Assembly: GCA_951406725.2 (NCBI GenBank)
Contig: OX597816.1
Location: 16,802,001 to 16,866,000, forward strand
DNA length: 64,000 nucleotides
Reading direction: 5' to 3'
From: Octopus vulgaris
Lineage: Eukaryota
A program made the translations under genes and the position numbers. A model generated the notes under the pieces. It saw nothing but the letters and a program-made list of their open reading frames with translations, made no database searches and was not told the DNA's origin. Of this stretch, positions 13,108 to 27,289 are shown one piece after another. Each line of letters starts with the position of its first letter. The stretch's first letter is position 1.

Positions 13108-13730
13108 GGCCTATAACTTGTGAGGGATTTTAAAATATTATCCATTTATTATGTAATACCACCAGGTATGAAAGGCAGCACAAGAGAGCTTGAAGAGCAG
13201 CTTGCCATTAAAGACATCACTTAATGTAGGCAGAAGAAATAAATTTGTTGATAAAGACAATACTAGATAAGTGATAACTTGTTGATGCAAATGTGTCGGA
13301 AAATATGGCAAAGGAAAACTGCAGAGGACATGGAAAGAAGCATCAGTGTGAAAAGGAGGAGGAGACAAGGATGCTGATTGCATATGTCATTTGAAAGCAA
13401 AGCCATTTTTCCTGAAATAAAATATCTACAGGAAATCTGAACTCATTAGTCATATTTTTCCCACCTTTAATAAAGTGCCAGCCTACCAGGTGAGAAATCA
13501 TTTGCTCTCATTCTATCACCAGCAATTTACTTGAATGTAAACAACCTGTACACTTCAATTGATGAAGTAGTTTTCTAAGCTTAATTCCACCCATATGCAT
13601 AAAGTTTCACCTACAAATGATACATCAATAACTAAACATACTAAAGACTAAGATACTCACTACTTCAACATCAAGTAACATCTAGTAACAAAAAAAATTT
13701 TTAATGTTCTTATTTAAAAAAAAATTATAC

Positions 13731-14093
13731 GGGAGTGGCTGTGTGGTAAGTAGCTTGCTTACCAACCACATGGTTCTGGGTTCAGTCCCACTGCATGGCA
13801 CTTTGGGCAAGTGTCTTCTACTATAGCCTCGGGCCAAGCAAAGCCTTGTGAGTGGATTTGGTAGCCGGAAACTGAAAGAAGCCCGTCATATATATATACA
13901 TATATGTATGTGTGTGTATATGTTTGTGTGTCTGTGTTTGTCCCCCCCCCCAACATCGCTTGACAACCGATGCTGGTGTGTTTGTATCCCTGTAACTTAG
14001 CAATTCGGCAAAAGAGACCAATAAAATAAGTACTAGGCTTACAATGAATAAGTCCTAGGGTCGATTTCCACTGAAACAACTAAAAGAGTAAAA
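13731..14093 (+). mobile_element. SINE family A
   Basis: Homology to other A copies. Confidence 0.9.
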
Positions 14094-14252
14094 GCTAGAA
14101 AGGAATTTCTTCATTTCACAAATCTTAGATAAATTTCCAAATATTTGAAAATTAAGCAGGTAATAAATGATTATTTTGAATTCTATAGCAGTTCCTTTTT
14201 GGATATACTTCTATAGAAATATATATTTATCAAAATTATACATTTTACCTTT

Positions 14253-14630
14253 TATCTTTAACTTGTTTCAGTCGTTAGGCTGTGGCCATGCTGGGGCACT
14301 GCCTTGAAGAGTTTTTAGTCGAATGAATCAAACTTGGTGATCTTTCTTTTTTTAAAGCTTGGTACTTATTCTAGCAATCTCTTTTGCCAAACTGCCAAGT
14401 TATGGAAATGTAAACTCACCAACACCGGTTGACAAGTGGTAGTGGGGAACAAACACAAACACAAAGACGCTTGCATACACATGCACACACACACACACAC
14501 ACACACACAGAGGCTTCTTTCAGTTTCTGTTTACCAAATCTACTCACAAGGCTGAGGTTATAGTAGAATACACTTGCTGAACCCAAAACCATGTGGTTAG
14601 GAAGCAAGCTTCTTACTACACAGTTACATA
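14253..14630 (-). mobile_element. SINE family A, older copy
   Basis: Diverged copy, inverted relative to 13731-14093. Confidence 0.8.
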
Positions 14631-15222
14631 AATACAATTTTTAGCATAATTGATAAGAAAGAAGCATCTCTTAAAAGAAGTATCTTAGAATCATTTGGAA
14701 TTCTCCCATGAGTTAGAGGTCATGAAGAAATACTGTCTTCTAATATTGGTTAAGTATTTAACTTTGTAAAGCTGTAATTAGATTTCATTAAAGTTCGCAA
14801 AGTGCAAAATTAATTTCAGAGGAAATCAATTAATTATTTTCTTATTTAATTTAAGTGCTATTTTCTGCATCTCTTACTTTCAACTGCTATATATGAAATA
14901 GTATTTGACTCTTTGACAATTTTTTTATTGAACTAGTCAATGGTTCAATAAAAAAAAAAATATATGTGAACTGCTCGCAGTAAATTCATATGAAAGAGCC
15001 AGCAATTTAAAAAAGAAAATTTAGATGTAACTACCAAACATTTTATATTTCTACTTGTTTATGTTATATTTATTATTCTAAATTCTTCATTTTCTATTTC
15101 CATATAAAGCACATGATTTATACATATAAAATACATAGCATTTCACTCAATTATTTCGCTAAATATTAACTCTCATTTTAGCCCATTTAAGAGTACTCTT
15201 CAATCATTGGGCAATAAACTGC

Positions 15223-15555
15223 ACATGCGAAGACCTGTTGAGGCAAGTTAAGTTATTGTCATGGCCGATGACAATACTGCCTGATTGGCACCTGTGTCGG
15301 TAGCACATAAAAAGCACCATTCAAGAGTGGCTGATGCCAGTACCACCTGACTGTTCCCATGCTGGTCACATGTAAAAAGCATCCACTACACTCTTGGAGT
15401 GGTTGGCATTAGGAAGGGCATCCAGCTGTAGAAACATTCCCAGATCAGATTGGAGCCTGGTGCAGCCTTCTGGCTTGCCTGCCAGCCCTCAGTTAAACTG
15501 TGCAACCCATGCCAGCATGGAAAGCGGGCGTTAAACAACAATGATGATGATGATG
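15223..15555 (+). mobile_element. Family C copy
   Basis: ggttggcattaggaagggcatccagctgtagaaa core and (ATG)n tail. Confidence 0.85.
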
Positions 15556-16829
15556 AGGAGGAGGAGGATTTACTGAATTTAGTTTTTTTTATTTTATTTA
15601 TAAAAAATGGAATAAGAGCTGAGGAACTTTTGGAATTAAAAGCAAAAAGGTGTTACAATTATTTTGAAATGGAATGACATCTAATCTTCGCTTGTGAGAC
15701 TACAGAAAAGGGCACTTGAAAGACATAGGGCAAGGTATACATGTAAAGTAAGAAAATATATAAATTCTCTTTTACTGTTGCTCTAAATAATATATTGAAA
15801 TGTTATAGAATGTATGTATACTGAGTTATCAATGTATATAGTTATTTCCAATGCAAAACAAGAAATGTGGATGTATCATTCTTGCTTCCCTTTGACTTTT
15901 ATTCAAAATCTTTTTATTCAAAACATAACTAAGATTTCTGTGTAATAATGGTTAAAAGTGAGCAGTACAAATATTTGATGCCAGAAAAAAAAAAATACAA
16001 ATATTTTATATATGGATTTAATTTCAAAATGTTTTCTCTAAAATGATACTACTAGTTTTAAAACTAGAGAGGAATTTTAAAATTTGAAGATAAAACTAAT
16101 GATAAGTTCTTAAAAACAGATATCACTTTCTAAGATTTTTACATAATTCATAGATTCATGTAACTTCAAACATTATTACGAGTATTAATTAACCTGAGGT
16201 TTACATTAACATAAATGTTATTTGATCACATCAACATTTTAAAACAGTTGCTTTTAATTAAGGTATTTCAATTAATGTTTTATTTTTAACACTAAATAAC
16301 TTTAGGAGATGCCTGAACACACTGCAACATCAGTTTCATTTGAAATTTGATATTATTTTGTAAAATTTAAACACTATTTTCAATATGACATCTGAAAGGT
16401 ATACCATAAGTAATTTCTAAAAGCTGTGGTAAAAGGAAAAAGAGAAATGTTGCTTTTATGTTTAAGGAACTCTCTATAAAGTAGATTATATTTATAAGCT
16501 TTTTATTTCTGTATAAAAATATTCAGAATTACTTTGAAATAATTCAATAAATAATCAATTTAATGTGAACACGTACAAACTTAAATTCTAAACTTCATCT
16601 GAAAAACAGTTGTCTGCTTTTATTAACGATTGTTTCAGAAGTACCTGCTTACCAGTTAGACATTGTCCTTTCTATTGTGTTCTGATTTTTTCATAAAATC
16701 GTATGATCTTTGTTTTGAACTTGCTACCTTTACACCATTTCAAATCCATTTGACATGATTTTGTTTTTCTCAGTGCATATCGTCTAAATTTCAGACTACA
16801 TCATATTTCGGGCCTTTTATTTCCAACAC

Positions 16830-17180
16830 TCTAGGGTGGTTTTAGGTTTAGTCTCACTGCATAGCACTGCAGGCAAGTGTCTTCTACTATAGCCCTAGAT
16901 TGACCAAAGCCTTGCAAGCGGTTTTGATAGATGGAAACTGAAGGAATCCCTTTGTGTATATGTGTGTGTTGTGTTTATCTCTCATCACTGTCTACCAACT
17001 AGAGTTGGTTTGCTTATGGCCCTGTAACTTAGTGGTTTGGCAAAAGCAATTAACAGAATAAATATCAGTCTTATAAAGAAACGAATAAGTACTAGAGTAG
17101 ATATGTCCAACTAAACCCTTCAAGGAGGTGCCCCAGCAAGGCCACAGTCAAATGACTGAAACAAGTAAAGCATTAAAGAT
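16830..17180 (+). mobile_element. SINE family A, decayed
   Basis: ggcaagtgtcttctactatagcc ... gtcaaatgactgaaacaagtaaa. Confidence 0.75.
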
Positions 17181-17369
17181 CAAACACTTTGTACACCCTA
17201 GAATTACAACTTGATGAAACTCCAATCATAGCTACATTCCTTCTAAGCCTATGAATCTTCAATAAACCTGCACAACTAGTCAACAGAAACTACATTCTGT
17301 GATTAGACTAAGTGTGCTTAAAATGACTGAATGCCACCCCTTCTCACTGCACTGATAAAGAACAAATAA

Positions 17370-18080
17370 CGGTTTCAAATCTTGGCACAAAGCCAGCAAG
17401 TTCAGGCAGAGGGTAAGCCAATTACATTGACCCAAGTGCTCAACTGGTGACTTATTTTATCGACCCTGAAAAGATGAAAGGCAAAGCCAGCCTTGGCAAA
17501 ATTTGAACTCAGGACATAAAGACAGATGAAATGCCAGTAAGCTAATGTGCTAACAATTCTTATTTCTTTATTGCTCACAAGGGGCTAAACATAGAGGGGA
17601 CAAACAAGGACAGGCAAAGGGATTAAGTTGATTACATCAAACCCCAGTGCATAACTGGTACTTTATTTATCAATCCCAAAAGGATGAAAGGCAAAGTCGA
17701 CCCCGGCAGAGTTTGAACTCAGAACGTAACAGCAGACAAAATACTGCTAAGCATTACATCTGGCATGCTAATGTTTCTGTCAGCTCGTTGCCTTCATGCG
17801 CTAACAATTCTCATTTCTTTATTGCCCATAAGGGGCTAAACATACAGGGGACAAACAAGGACAGACAAAGGGATTAAGTCGATTACATCGAACCCCAGTG
17901 CATAACTGGTACTTTATTTATCAACCCTGAGAGAATGAAAGACAGAGTCGACCTCGGTGGAATTTGAACTCAGAACATAACAGCAGACAAAATACTGCTA
18001 AGCATTTCGTCCGGCATGCTAACATTTCTGCCAGCTCGCTGCCTTCATGAGCTAACAATTCTGTCAGCTCACTGCCTTAT
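17370..18080 (-). mobile_element. Nested and tandem SINE family B cluster (old host copy plus two inserted copies)
   Basis: Units ~17561-17795 and ~17811-18045; GCTAACAATTCT occurs three times at the unit boundaries. Confidence 0.85.
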
Positions 18081-20330
18081 AAAGAATAATTATTAATACC
18101 ATAGGAAGAATAATATTCCAATGGTGTACAATTACATCATAACAAATACTGAGAAACTTAAAGTGAAACTAGGTTAAGTTTTGTGAAGAATATGGAAGAA
18201 TTTTAATAGAATTTTCTAGACATAAATTTAGTAATTAAATATGATTAAAATAGTTTGAGATGACCAAAGCTATTCATTAAATTTTGAAAATTTATGGAGT
18301 TTCAATGTTAATCAGATTTACAGAAAAATAATTGTAAATTTTTAAAGACATTTAGCAAGACTAGAGGATTTGAATGGGAACAAGCTATCTGAAATATTGC
18401 TTCTACAATGTAGTGTCTTTGAGAGTCTTAGCATTTTCAATGGAATATTTTTTCAACAATTTATTGCAAAAACATAAAAAGTGTGGAAAACTGCCGACTG
18501 AATTGAATGATTGTATAGAAGATCAATTTTTAAAATGTAATACTACTTGTTCTATAAACTACCAATATTTATTCTGATCACAATAAAACCTTAAATTATT
18601 GTTTTATTTTACATGACAATGCAGCACTTTATTCTGAAGAATCAAAATATTGTTTGTTTTTTTCCTCAAAGCAGACTAATCAATTGAAGCTAACTTCTAC
18701 AAAGCAGCATTAAGTAAAATTCTGTGATTTCTATAATTTTTTTTCTTCTTCAAAGTCAACAAGGATGCAAAAATACTTTTCCATAATTGCTTTTTTCTAT
18801 TAATCAATACCGAATGGTTTTTCTTCACTTCAATATGAAAACAGTTATATTATGCATCAAAAAAAAGCAGCAATTTTCTTGTATAAAAAATATACATCTT
18901 TCTACCAAAAAAGCTTTTCTTATTCCCTAGTCATATAAGAAATAATTTCTGTTGTTATGGAATTAAAAATCATATGCAAAATCATATGCAAGCACTTACA
19001 TTGCAAAGATGCTATTGTTTTCATGTATAAGCTGGCCATTTATAAAACTTTAACAAGATCTTTTTCTTTAACAGCATTATAAAATGGAATGATTCCATCC
19101 CTGCTTTGAGTATTTAGTATATGAATCAAAGTAGTTATTTATTTCAAGACCATATGCCTTTAAAAGGACAATGAAATTGACTCAAGTAATTTTAATGTTT
19201 TGAAAATACTCATTTTTTAGTCTAAAAATTAGTCACTGCCCAAATTTCATTTTAAATTTATTGGAAAAACCAGACCATCCAGTTTAAGGGTAACCAAGAA
19301 ATTCGATAAATTGATTAACTATATTTCCAAATTTTAAAGTAACAATGCAAAAAAAAAAAAAAATCTAACAATTTAAGCGTCCAGCATGGACCCTATTCAA
19401 GCAAAACTGATTTCCTTTATGAGGTGTTTTAGAAACAAAAACAACTTTATCTGCTCCACCTCCTCCCAATTATCATCCTCATATCAGCAAGGTTCAGTCC
19501 ACTTAAGAATAGTAATGTTGGATGTATTAACCTGATTTGCAAATTCATGTCTCATGCTAATATTACTGAACTGTGTTTACACATTCTAAGAATTGTGTTA
19601 AGCTCTTCCATACATTACTTACCAAAAAAGATATATGTTCACTGAACTTACATAGAATTTAAAAAATAAGTTACAATGTATATTTCACACTAACGGTAAA
19701 TGACTAAAAATTTAATATTTACTAATGAGTGTGATCAGTCATTTTGCATGAATGATATTAAATTTGCTTGTACCAAATAAAAAATAATGCTGTTTACTAG
19801 ACAATCAAATAATACATCCTGCTTATAAAAAAGTATATCTGCTTAGAATTATAATCTAAAACCATTGCAAGTTTTTTTCTCACTAACAAATAATTACAAA
19901 ATTCATATCTGATAACAGAGTCTCCAAAAGTATACTGAACTTATATTAAGACTAACAAAAGATTAATATGAAAAACTTTAGATATATTAATTTATTGCTA
20001 TGGATATTATAACTATTATTATCTTTAAAATAGGAAATACTTTATCAAAAATGGGCTTTAATTAACTTATAAAATATATCCATTATCATAAGTTCTCATC
20101 AACTAGCATGTCTCTCAAATAAGCGTATTTTTAATGGGTCCTAGCTTCAGTAATGGATACAAGAGAGATATACTTATTACTTAATTTCATATACTGATAA
20201 CATTTTAAAAAAAATTCATAGATTTTTACTGAGCGATGAAAAATTTTAATTCTAAAGGCAAGTATACATAACAGCAAAAATATTTGAAATGAGCCAATAT
20301 ATTAAAAATAAAGAAAAATAAATAATTTAC

Positions 20331-20348
20331 CTGTCTTCCAGGTTAGAA
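20331..20348 (-). CDS. Candidate 18-nt microexon of the host receptor gene
   Basis: ttttttttcag|TTCTAACCTGGAAGACAG|gtaaat. Phase 2-2, open in frame after exon 28563-28785, adding S-S-N-L-E-D. Confidence 0.45.
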
Positions 20349-22149
20349 CTGAAAAAAAATCAGGAAATTTATTCTCTTAAAATGTTCTATTTACATATAT
20401 ATATATAGATATAAAAATTCGAGAGCATTTAGTTTAGAACTTTGTTACTTATGTTGTGGAGCAATCAGAGCTCTAAAACGTAGAAAATATCAGCAACAAT
20501 TTCACTTGAAGCATGTAATATTTATAACTATTAACAAGTTTTATAATTATCTGGGAGTTCTATTTGGAGGTTTAAATAATTTAATAATGGTTTTTTTTAA
20601 CATCATTGTGAAATGAAATGGATTAATTTCTTCAAATAGTTTAAATATACATGACTGAAATTAATTAGAGTTCATGAGTGACTGAACGAATTGATCATGT
20701 GAATAAATTTAATTTACATATAATAACAACATATTTTGTGACTTAATTAAATTTGTTACAGCGAATTCTAAAAGTTTAATTATATGCTGTATGAAAAATT
20801 TCATTTTAAAATTTAAGTACAGTGATTTTAATATTGCATATCAGTGAATGAAATATTCTCGTTAGAAAGAACCTTAATATGATTAGCAACATCTGTTGCA
20901 TTGATTTTTTAATGAGATCTCCACTATAGCATAGATTAATACCAGGATACTGAAAGTTTATAATTAAATGAAAAGTGTCAACCATTTTTTAAATTAATCT
21001 ATTTGAGATTAAAATAATCTGAACATTGATATTATTTAGCAGTCATAAAAATACCATGAAATCATTTTTATAAGCTTTTGCATATCGAATGATTAAATAC
21101 ATTTTATGATTATTTTTATTATATTTTTTTTAGATACAATGGGATGGGTTTTTTTTTTTTCCTTTTTCATTTTCATTTTTCCTCTCACTATATAAATTAT
21201 GATTTTCATTCATCACTGGATATTTTAATGAATACAATCTTTGAAACATTTCACAAATTTAAGTTAATTAAAGAATAAATTTTAAACAAACATTTAGATG
21301 GAATATATGAAACAGATGATTTTCTTGATTTGATTAGAAAAATAAGGAAATACAGAAAGAAATGGCCAACACTGCTCAAGCAAAATAGTGTGAATTGTCA
21401 ATAATCCAAGATGAAACTTGGTATAAATTAGGCTTTAATTTGCTAAATCTTCTATTGACATGAATTAGCAGACTTTAGCTACAGCAGCAGCAGTAGGAAG
21501 TAATTGCGTCATCTTGTGGAAAATCAATCATTTCTATTGTTACTATGATACCACATTAGTGCAGACATGGTTTTGTGATAAGAAGTTCACTTCATAACCC
21601 TGTACGTTTAGATTTGGTTGTGGATTACTTTGGTCCTGTCTTACATTACAGTGGATTACTTTGGACCTGTTTTACATCTATAATCCTACACTGATCAATG
21701 CCTTATGAGTGATTTTTTTTACATAGAAAGTGTAGGAATCATTTCATAGATATATATAAATGTGTGTGTATGCATATATTTGTGTGTATATTAATATTGC
21801 TATCCCATGACTTTAATGGAGTGAAGCAGCGAATGATGTTTATATTCCTTATGGACATTATGCCAAGTCTTCCTGCACTTTTGAAAGTCAATGAAATATT
21901 TAAAAAAATTTATTTCTTACTTGAAAAACAAGTAAAGTTTGATAACAGGAAGAGAATTTAGCCATAAAAATCAAGCCTCAAATATATCTTCATCTAAATT
22001 ATCTTAGCAGGGAAAAAAATGAACATTAAATGAATGAACAAATTATTTCCATACAACTATTACTCACTCCACAATATAAAACTACACATGTACAATATTA
22101 AAATATTTAAAAGTATAATCATACAAAATTTTGAAGTGTAACCATATTT

Positions 22150-25100
22150 TTCAATAGGTCTTTGAATGCCAGTTCAAGAAGTGTATACAGTTCGCTATTT
22201 TATAGGATTTGACTGGATTGCTGTGGGGATCTGATTCTAATATTTCAACTTCTTTGAAGAGTTATACAGTTGTTATTATAATGGATGAGCATTTTTATAC
22301 ATGAGAAAAGTTAAGTTTCTGCTAAAAGTTGAAGCAATGCTCATGAGGTGTTGAGTGTGAAGATGTAGAAAATAAGGTTTGCATTGAATGTAAAGCATCA
22401 AGTAAAACAGATAACTATGTAGGGGTAGGTACATTTTAAGATTCTAGAGTCAATACCATGTTTTGTTTTTGTTTTTTTTCCACAAGAAACCAAATTAAAA
22501 TTCACAGTACCAACTTTGTTAGAGTGGTAGGGAGTCAAGTGTCTAATTGGGAAACCTCTAGCATGTAAGAAAGACTTCAATAAAGATGCCAAGGAAGTGG
22601 TTTGTTGATCTGAGTTGATATATTCAGGTAAATCAAAAACGAAAAAAAAACAAGTAGACAAACTCGAAATGAGAGTCAATGCAGAAATGTTGCAACTATA
22701 GAAAGCAAACGGAAAACTGGAAATCCATTGATTACACTCAGACATTTATAACTTGATGGTGAAGGTCCCTTAAAAATTAATACATTTTACAGTGAATGGA
22801 ATGAATACAGCTGATGAGCTGATGCAATGCTGGATAGTTAGTGGATTTAATTTTTTGACAAATATGGCATCCAGAAACAATACATATAATATTACTCACC
22901 AAATGTAGAACATTTTGTACTTGAACAAACAAAATATGTCAGCCCCATATTACAAAAGTTTCTGGAGAAATGGGTGAAGTTCTAAGAAGTTGTTCTGTAA
23001 ATCAGAACTCCTGGTGCATCTTTGGCAACATTAAGGGATCCAGGAAGCAGTAAAATTTTGTAATAGAATGTATGGGTTCTAATCACCAGCTTGGTATTTT
23101 CTCACTTCTAATATTACTTTTGTGCTTTATATCAAACATGTAAACTATGGATTTCTGATCAGTGAGTTGTGTAAATCATCTACATAAATAAAAGTGGGAC
23201 ATGTTCTGATAGTCTCAACTACTGCAAAAATCTCGCTCTTCCCTTGTACAATATTTTTCTCTCAAAATTTAGCGATCAAGAAAATAATGCTATAAGCCTA
23301 TCATTTTAATAAAGAGTAACTCTGAAGGCAGCTTAAGAAACGTCAGGTTTGACAGTAAGTGGTATATATTCACCTACTTCATCTTCGACAGACTCCTTAA
23401 TAGCTGCTTTTAATTCACTTTTTTCTCTGAGAGCCAAAACTGAACATTGATAGAGAGAGAGGTAAAGAAACCACTGAGAATAAAATGCTAATAGACCCAA
23501 ATAAAGATTATTTAGTGGGTACAGAGGCATTTCTTTTAATGAAGTTAAATGCAAAGAGAATACACTTTGTTATAATTGATTTAGTCAGCAGACATGGCTA
23601 TGTGGGTAAGAAGTTCACTTTCTAACCATGCAGTTTTGTTCTACCATTTGGCACTTTGGGCAGGTTTCTTCTATTATAAGCCTAGATGAACTAAAGCCTT
23701 ATGGGTGGATTTGGTAGACAGAAACTGGAGGCAATCGTTTATATTTTGTGTTTATGTATGCGCATTTGTCTTCTTGTGTTGACATCACATGATGGTTGCA
23801 AACAAGAATCACTGTCATATTGGAAGAGTCCCTCATTTTCCATCTTCTGTGAATGCATTCTCTGGCCATTGGAAAATATTACTTTGCTTGGAAACTAGTG
23901 AGAGTTGGTGACAAGAATGGCATCTGGATGCAGAATTCTATCATACCCATACAAGCATGGCAAAGTGGACACTGGTGAGAATGGTGGTAGTTTTGATGAT
24001 GATGATGATGATGATGAATTTGATAACATAGTATACAGACAGAGTCAATCAAAAATGTACATATATTATTCTTCAGACTAATGAACAACTTTCAAGAATA
24101 CAGATAAACTTTTATGTTCCTCTTTGGTATCACCATATATGGTAAAGTCATCTAAATAGGACTATATGCCTTCCAATTTATTTTTCTGAATACAATTTTC
24201 CTATAATTCATTGAAAAAACACGACACAATTTGTAAAACTTAATGTAACTAAGATAACCATTACAAAGATATTTAAATTGTAGTAATAATTGTCTGCCTC
24301 AAAAATGGTAAATACTCTCTTACCAAACTGTAATGCCACTTACTGATATGCACTACATAAAACAAGATTATGAAATAAATTTGCAAGAAGATATTTTGTT
24401 AATTAAGCTTCAAAGAAGGTGAACTTATTAATAGTTTTGAAATAGTCAGCTATTAAATTCCTTTCACTGTTACTTTTAATGACATGTACTTCTTGTACTT
24501 CTATTCAGGATAAATGACTTCACTTGATAATATCTTCATTGGGCATTCTATTCACTTCTGGTAGAATGAAATAAGTATCAGATGATTTATATTTAGATTA
24601 GAGAAGACTTTTCAAGAAGCCAGAGAGAAAATCTCCAAGTCCTATTGGGAGACAGTTTCTATTTTGAATGTTTGCACAGAAATACCACGGAAAATGCTGG
24701 TCTTTTATCTTTAATTCTAGATAAGAATATTTCTTGATTGACACAGTCAATATCACTGAAACTATTAATACATCATATTCTTAGAGTCTTTAGTCAGCAA
24801 CTTGGTGAGGTTTTCTGAACAAATTGTGTCAATGAGTCCTTTTAGAGAAGTTCTATAAACAATTCAGTCAATGATAGCAGCTTAACAAATGCCACAGAAA
24901 TACTGGAAGTGGTAACTTGTGCTTTTTAGATTTGACAGCCCTTTAAAAACATCATCTTTCTTTTGATATTCACAAAACAAATAGTATCATAGGCTAGAAA
25001 TTAGAAGGCATGATGCTGGTGAAAATTCCTGTAGATATAGCATCTCTGATCCAGATAAGATGCAGCTTTACAAAAGACATCCTTATGGAAAACCGATTTA

Positions 25101-25540
25101 CTTCATTCTTTAAAATTTCTTTTCTAACAACTTTAGTGGAGATTACTGCACAGTTTTTAACTCGAAGAGAAGTGTCATAATTTTGAGAATCTTTCATAGC
25201 TATTTGACTGAAGTAAAAACTGGAGTTTTGTTTTCTTCACTAGACTGAATCAAGAATACATTTGCTGCTGTACATTCCAGCCATGACACTTTTGATGTTA
25301 CAGTCTATGATGCGATTTTGAAAAACTACTGTAATCAAGAATAAACTCCATGATCAATTCTTTGATTCTCTGATAGTCATGTGCTAGGATTTCATTGACC
25401 TCCTTTTTTTTCTTCAGCTGATAAAGTGTTATTGTAGGTGGTGCACTTACAAATAGCGTCAAAATTTTAGTAAGGAATAGAATTCACAAGGAGTCTTGGA
25501 TAAAAGTCACTAGTTGCTTCCTAAGTAACTCTATACTCTG
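22150..25540 (-). mobile_element. Decayed Ty3/Gypsy LTR retrotransposon internal region (gag-PR-RT-RH-IN)
   Basis: Minus-strand motifs in Gypsy order: DYFKTINKFT, SAYQ, TIFEA, YLDD (24147-24158), PLTVKPDVS (cf. ETDAS), TDQKSIVYMFD, CHIC, FKGPSPS, FPFAF...PEYINSD...TPYH, DALHSMQTL...TPHE. Many stops and frameshifts; LTRs not recognised. Confidence 0.92.
23588..24015 (+). mobile_element. Old SINE with A-type head and C-like (ATG)n tail, inserted in the Gypsy RT
   Basis: Head tggctatgtgggtaagaag; tail acaagaatggcatctgg...agcatggcaaagtggac...(tga)n. A similar old copy lies at ~21560-22030. Confidence 0.7.
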
Positions 25541-27289
25541 AAAATATAAAAAACCAATGCTTAATGATGTATAAAGCCTCAAGATGTGTCAGTACCACAC
25601 TGAACTTTTAGGGTCATAGTCCAAATTTTATACTGATAATAGCAGCTTTGGTAAATTAAATTGATGTGTAAATGACCCAAGATGAGAATTAGTTTAAATC
25701 AAACTTTAATTTACTAAAAGTTTCACTGACATCTATGGCAAGCTGTAGAGATAGGAGTTCACAAGAGTAAGTATAGCAATAGTAGTCAGTAGTAACTGTA
25801 GTATCATATAGAGATACAACCATAACAGTTGTCATTATAATACAATATTACTTCGATAAAATTATTACAGAATGATAGGAAAGAAGCAAGAGAGATACAA
25901 GAAAGAAAATTAAAGAACAAGAAGTAGTAAAAAGTGAGAGAAAGAGATAGGTAGTTGCACAATGCCTAAAAGATAGGACTTCAGAGAGAACAGTAACTAA
26001 ATAAGCTCCAAAGTAATGTTACTCCACCTTTCTATTTGTAATTTCTGTACAAGTGAAGACATCACACACACACACACACACACACTCATGCACACACACG
26101 TGCACACACACACACAATGTTGCATTTAACAAATTAATGCCTAAAAGTATATGAAGCATATTCTAAGTATTGTTTTAATCATTTACTTTGTTATTCCATT
26201 AATTCTCTCATATGAAGGACATCATTAGTTTTAATTCTAAACTCACAAGTAATATAGCTAGCAATTTTAGTTTGAAAGAAGTCTATTGTAAGAAAAATAG
26301 TTTCAATCTGTTGAAATGGATGATTACATTTCTTTACATTTTTGTTGAATACACTTAAATAACTAATAATGTATGAAAAATCTTCAAAAGATTTCTTTTT
26401 TTCTAAATATAAGAAGAGTTATTTGTGAAATCTAAGCAAGGAAGAAAGAAAAACACAGAAAATTGAACTAAAGTAAGCTATAAAGTTCACTTTGATTTAA
26501 ATAAGCTATAAAGCTTACTTTGGTTATAAATTTACTACTTTTTCTCATAGAAACATAAAATAGTATAAAGAGAATTAAAAGAAAGCATATCTAGAAGTTG
26601 TTTAGGAAAAAAAGTTTCCCCAACTTTATAATAAAGTGTGTCATAAAACGACCTGAAGTATAAAAGAAGAAATATATAGGGGATAGATGCATTTACTGGT
26701 GGCTGGATTTGTAGAAAAATAAAGACAATTTTATTTTTCATTTGAGTGGTGTCAACAAAATATGGCCCCTATAATTACTTCAGTTGATTCCATGAACTAT
26801 ATCCAAAGCTTTCATAAAAATGTTTCTCTGCTTAAATAAGAAAGCAATAATAAGCTTCAATATTAATTTTATTCAGAATGATGAAAAATATATACAGAAA
26901 GTAAAATGAAAAAAAAAAAGTTGTTATTGTCTTTTTTAAAATAAAAACTGTAAAAAGTATAAAATGAAAATAAATTACTTCGGTATTTTTTTTTTATTGC
27001 TATCAGACGATTTATGTACTGAAGACAAAGAGAGTGGAAGTTAACAGTGTGAAACAGATAAGGAAAGTATAAAGATGAGAGAGACAATAAAAAAAAAACA
27101 ATAAAATGAGACCAACTCAATGAAAGAAGAAAGATAAATTTATTTTCTTAGAGAACTTGTTTCAATCATTTAATATAAACTAAGAAATATAATCGGAAAA
27201 TTCCATGCAGCTGATTAGTTTTTAAATTTTCTTTCTTTAAAACAGAGGTTTCAGTTAGAATACAATCTTCATTTGTCTATTCATACTGG

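Noticed and set aside
16655-16785. Possible minus-strand exon bounded by AG and GTAAGC
   Set aside because: In-frame stop in the phase required by the upstream exons; weak acceptor.
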